The notes under the pieces were generated by a model that worked only from the letters and a program-made list of their open reading frames with translations, searched no databases and was not told where the DNA came from. The position numbers were made by a program, and so were the translations under genes. A DNA stretch of 63,939 nucleotides, the filler included, from Octopus bimaculoides (taxonomy: Eukaryota): NCBI RefSeq assembly GCF_001194135.2. It is 5 parts of 4 records of this genome, joined end to end, with 100 filler letters (N's around TTAATTAATTAA, not from the genome) between each part and the next. Parts side by side here need not be neighbours in the genome. Positions count along the whole stretch, not along the records: positions 52,721 to 61,410 come from NC_068983.1; positions 61,511 to 62,817 come from NW_026354489.1; positions 62,918 to 63,939 come from NW_026333595.1; 2 more parts are not named here. One strand, 5' to 3'. Of this stretch, positions 60,924-63,939 are shown in pieces; position 1 is the first letter of the stretch, and each line of letters starts with the position of its first letter.

Positions 60924-60969
60924 CAATCTCGGGCATTCGTGGCGAGTTGTCTCGATTGGCCTGAGACAT
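60924..60969 (-). CDS. Candidate first coding exon (E1)
   Basis: cacaaaATG context, MSQANRDNSPRMPEI then G|gtaggt donor (alternative donor 4 nt downstream); lies in a locally CpG-retaining non-repeat patch. Confidence 0.35.
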
Positions 60970-61116
60970 TTTGTGTTCTTTATCACTCGGCGCCGTGTAG
61001 GGAGTTTTCTTTGGACGCTCTAACGCAGTAAATGAGCGTATAATCAAACGCATATACTATGTATAGTATATGTAACCGATAATGATTACATTACTAAAGC
61101 AGCTTTTAATTCGTAA

Positions 61117-61155
<39 letters not shown>

Positions 61156-61364
61156 GTATAACCAGCCGAAATTGCAAAGATAATCTGGAACTCGACTGAA
61201 GAAAGAAAACTCCGAATGACCCGTCTTTGTTTTCTTTGTATCGTCTATCTGGATGTTTGTTGTCCCTGTTTTGTATCACCTAACTGTCTGGATGTTTTGC
61301 GTTCTTGTTCCATTTTGAATTTTTTATATATAAAACATATAGCGGCGTACGTACACTTTGGTTT

Positions 61365-61410
<46 letters not shown>

Positions 61411-61510
61411 NNNNNNNNNNNNNNNNNNNNNNNNNNNNNNNNNNNNNNNNNNNNTTAATTAATTAANNNNNNNNNNNNNNNNNNNNNNNNNNNNNNNNNN
61501 NNNNNNNNNN

Positions 61511-61836
61511 TAGTGGAAGCGCGTGGCTTAGTGGGTTAGGGCATTCGTCTCACGATCGTAAGGTGGTGAGTTCAATTCCCAGCAGCGCGTTGTGTTCTTG
61601 AGCAAGACACTCGATTTCACGTTACTCCAGTCCACTTAGCTGGCAAAAACGAGTAGTACCTGTATTTCAAAGGACCAGCCTTGTCACACTCTATGTCACG
61701 TCGAATCTCCCCGAGAACTACGTTAAGGCTACAAGTGTCTGTGGAGTGCTCAGTCACTTACACGTTAACTTCACGAGCAGGCTGTTCCGCTGATCGTATC
61801 AGCTTGGACCCTCGTCATCGTAACCGACGGAATGCT
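61511..61836 (+). mobile_element. SINE A2, near full length
   Basis: tRNA-like head gcgcgtggcttagtgg..gagttcaattcc; CORE-like gttcttgagcaagacact; 3' half shared with SINE A. Confidence 0.88.
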
Positions 61837-61837
61837 C

Positions 61838-61901
<64 letters not shown>

Positions 61902-62049
61902 TTCTCTCTCTCTCTATATATATGTGTGTGTGTGTGTGTGTGCATGTGTGTGTATACACATACACATACACACACACACAAACTGACACATAATTATACA
62001 TATATAATATGTTTGAGTGTATACCGAAACCACAAGTTCCAAGTGGAAG

Positions 62050-62235
62050 GCTTGCATAGAAGAGGTGGATTAGTGCAGTCACCTGACGGTATCCAAGTGA
62101 TCAGAAAACGCCATTTGGAAGTCCTCCATGATGATTGGAAGACGATTTAGTTAAGCAATGATGGAAGAGAATGCCACTGCTATGACAGATTTAGAAGTGC
62201 ACTGTGACCATCGTGTACAATAGCATCTGATGATA
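62050..62235 (+). mobile_element. RTE-type ORF2 C-terminal fragment
   Basis: RYPSDQKTPFGSPP**LEDDLVKQ resembles W.P...KRP.GRPP.RW.DD+.K. Confidence 0.45.
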
Positions 62236-62259
62236 CTGTGGTGCATGTGTGTGTGTTTG

Positions 62260-62295
<36 letters not shown>

Positions 62296-62659
62296 TGTTT
62301 GTGTGTGGTGTTTGCGTTTGTTTGACTTTTGATTTTAATTATAATAAATATATAAACATAACGAAACATTGATGTCCCCCCCACACACACACACTCCTAG
62401 ATGGGATTGAGGGTGAGTTATCTCACCTGTCCATGACTTTCAGGTGTTTTAACAGCTGGCACGTTGAGAGAGTATTCTCCACCAAGTCAAATGTCAGTCT
62501 CGCAGCAAATGCATAAGCCCTCTTTGTTAAGTATGTGTGATTGATAAAGCTTATTACACTTGCGCTGCTTCTATTTCATATTTGATTATGTTCCCGTTTG
62601 TGGAAGGATTCCGACCACCCCCATGTGTCTAAAAGTGGACTGACACATTGCAATAAAAT

Positions 62660-62750
62660 ATCGTAAATCCACGAGTATAGTCCGCCCTTGAGTATAATAT
62701 GCAGGGGATTTTTAGGGGGCTGTACATCTGAAAAACCTAAACCTTGAGTC
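62660..62750 (+). mobile_element. Tc2/pogo-like TIR fragment
   Basis: TA-tcgtaaatccacgagtatagtccgc with the repeated gagtata motif resembles CCGTA-type TIRs; no partner end visible. Confidence 0.35.
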
Positions 62751-62917
62751 AAGGAAGTCTATATAACGTCCTTGGTTCGTAAACATATATACGGTTACGT
62801 CCTTTATTATTATTGTANNNNNNNNNNNNNNNNNNNNNNNNNNNNNNNNNNNNNNNNNNNNTTAATTAATTAANNNNNNNNNNNNNNNNNNNNNNNNNNN
62901 NNNNNNNNNNNNNNNNN

Positions 62918-63772
62918 ATTTTTGTCCCTCACTGTATCCACCCCTACATACCTTTCACTTTCATATCTGTTTCTGTGTATCTTCTCTTTCTCCCATGTAA
63001 TATCTCCCTATCTCTCATCTATCTACAGTTTTACTATACTGTTGCTCTCCATGTCCCACCCCACTTTGATGTATTTCCACCTATCATCTCCTCCTCTCTT
63101 CCTTTACTCTCTCCACAAACCTGAGATTCACTATTGACCACATCTCCATCCACATTGACCACATCTCCATCCACATTGACCACTCACTGCATTCCCCTTT
63201 ATCTCCATCTCTAACTGTCCATCACTCCTTTCACACTCTCACGAATCTACCCACCCAGAATTCTTTGATTCTCTGTTCTTATTCCCTCTCTATCCTTCTT
63301 GNNNNNNNNNNACCCAGAATTCTTTGATTCTCTGTTCTTATTCCCTCTCTATCCTTCTTGTAACTTCAGAGTATGTCCTGACCCCTCATCTTCACTTTCC
63401 TTTCTCCCTTTACNNNNNNNNNNTTCAGAGTATGTCCTGACCCCTCATCTTCACTTTCCTTTCTCCCTTTACAGATAACTCCTCTACAGCAAGACAATTT
63501 TTCTGTCTCTCTGTCATATCTTTTAACAATGGAAACAACAACACCTCTTTCAGTGCTGCACTCAACTCTTTTGAGGGGTTCTTGTCTTGTGAGTTATTGG
63601 TGACCTCACTATTGCCAGTATCAGGGGGGAAAAAAAGCACTCAGTAGTGACTGTAGAAACCATACAAAAGCAGGCATTAGAGCTAGACACAATCTTCTGT
63701 CACACTGGATCCTGTTTAACTGTCCAGCTAAGCCAGCATAGAATTCAAAAGCTAAATGATGATCATGATGAT
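62918..63772 (+). mobile_element. RTE 3' UTR and tail
   Basis: Pyrimidine-rich UTR, then tcttgtcttgtgagttattggtgac..ccagcatagaattc..aaatgatgatcatgatgat, similar to 38470-38803. Confidence 0.6.
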
Positions 63773-63939
63773 ACATATATATTCATATTTGTTTATATAT
63801 ATAAGAAAATATCTATATCTGTCTGTCTGTCACATATGTATAATGATGGAATCTCTTGTTAAAGACAATGTACGAGTGTTCAGTTTTTGCTGAACAACCA
63901 GAACAAATGATTTGTTTATAGTGATCAAATGTATGTGCT

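Noticed and set aside
61153-61345. Third hammerhead candidate (CTGAAGA at 61196)
   Set aside because: Followed by GAAT rather than GAAA, with no credible stems.
63253-63472. Two exact 49-bp direct repeats flanking 10-N gaps (63253-63301/63312-63360 and 63365-63413/63424-63472)
   Set aside because: Identical length and position at contig ends indicate unmerged assembly overlaps.

Overview
AT-rich, microsatellite-dense animal genomic DNA from a fragmented draft assembly. It has many N gaps and four synthetic 100-bp linkers (44N-TTAATTAATTAA-44N). The repeat families look cephalopod, most likely Octopus; this comes from my recognition of the families, not from a search. There is no intact long ORF, and most ORFs in the supplied track are gap or microsatellite artefacts. 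The window is mostly layered transposon debris. SINEs: four tRNA-headed types, labelled A, A2, B and C here. LINE remnants: RTE, CR1-type and R4/Dong-type, plus Penelope-like ends carrying hammerhead-ribozyme cores. LTR elements: two nested Gypsy elements. DNA elements: three mariner remnants, a Tc1 with DD36E spacing, a hAT transposase remnant and several inverted-repeat MITEs, one Merlin-like with an 8-bp TSD. A chain of small, phase-compatible candidate exons on the minus strand (about 61 kb to 34 kb) may be an unidentified host gene, but it is hand-picked and unverified. I did not find a demonstrably new biological system. The best leads are the minimal hammerhead at 29.8 kb, the DD36E Tc1, the in-frame-deleted nested Gypsy, the modular SINE/LINE tail sharing and the candidate micro-exon gene. 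All translations and alignments were done by eye, so boundaries of degenerate elements are approximate.
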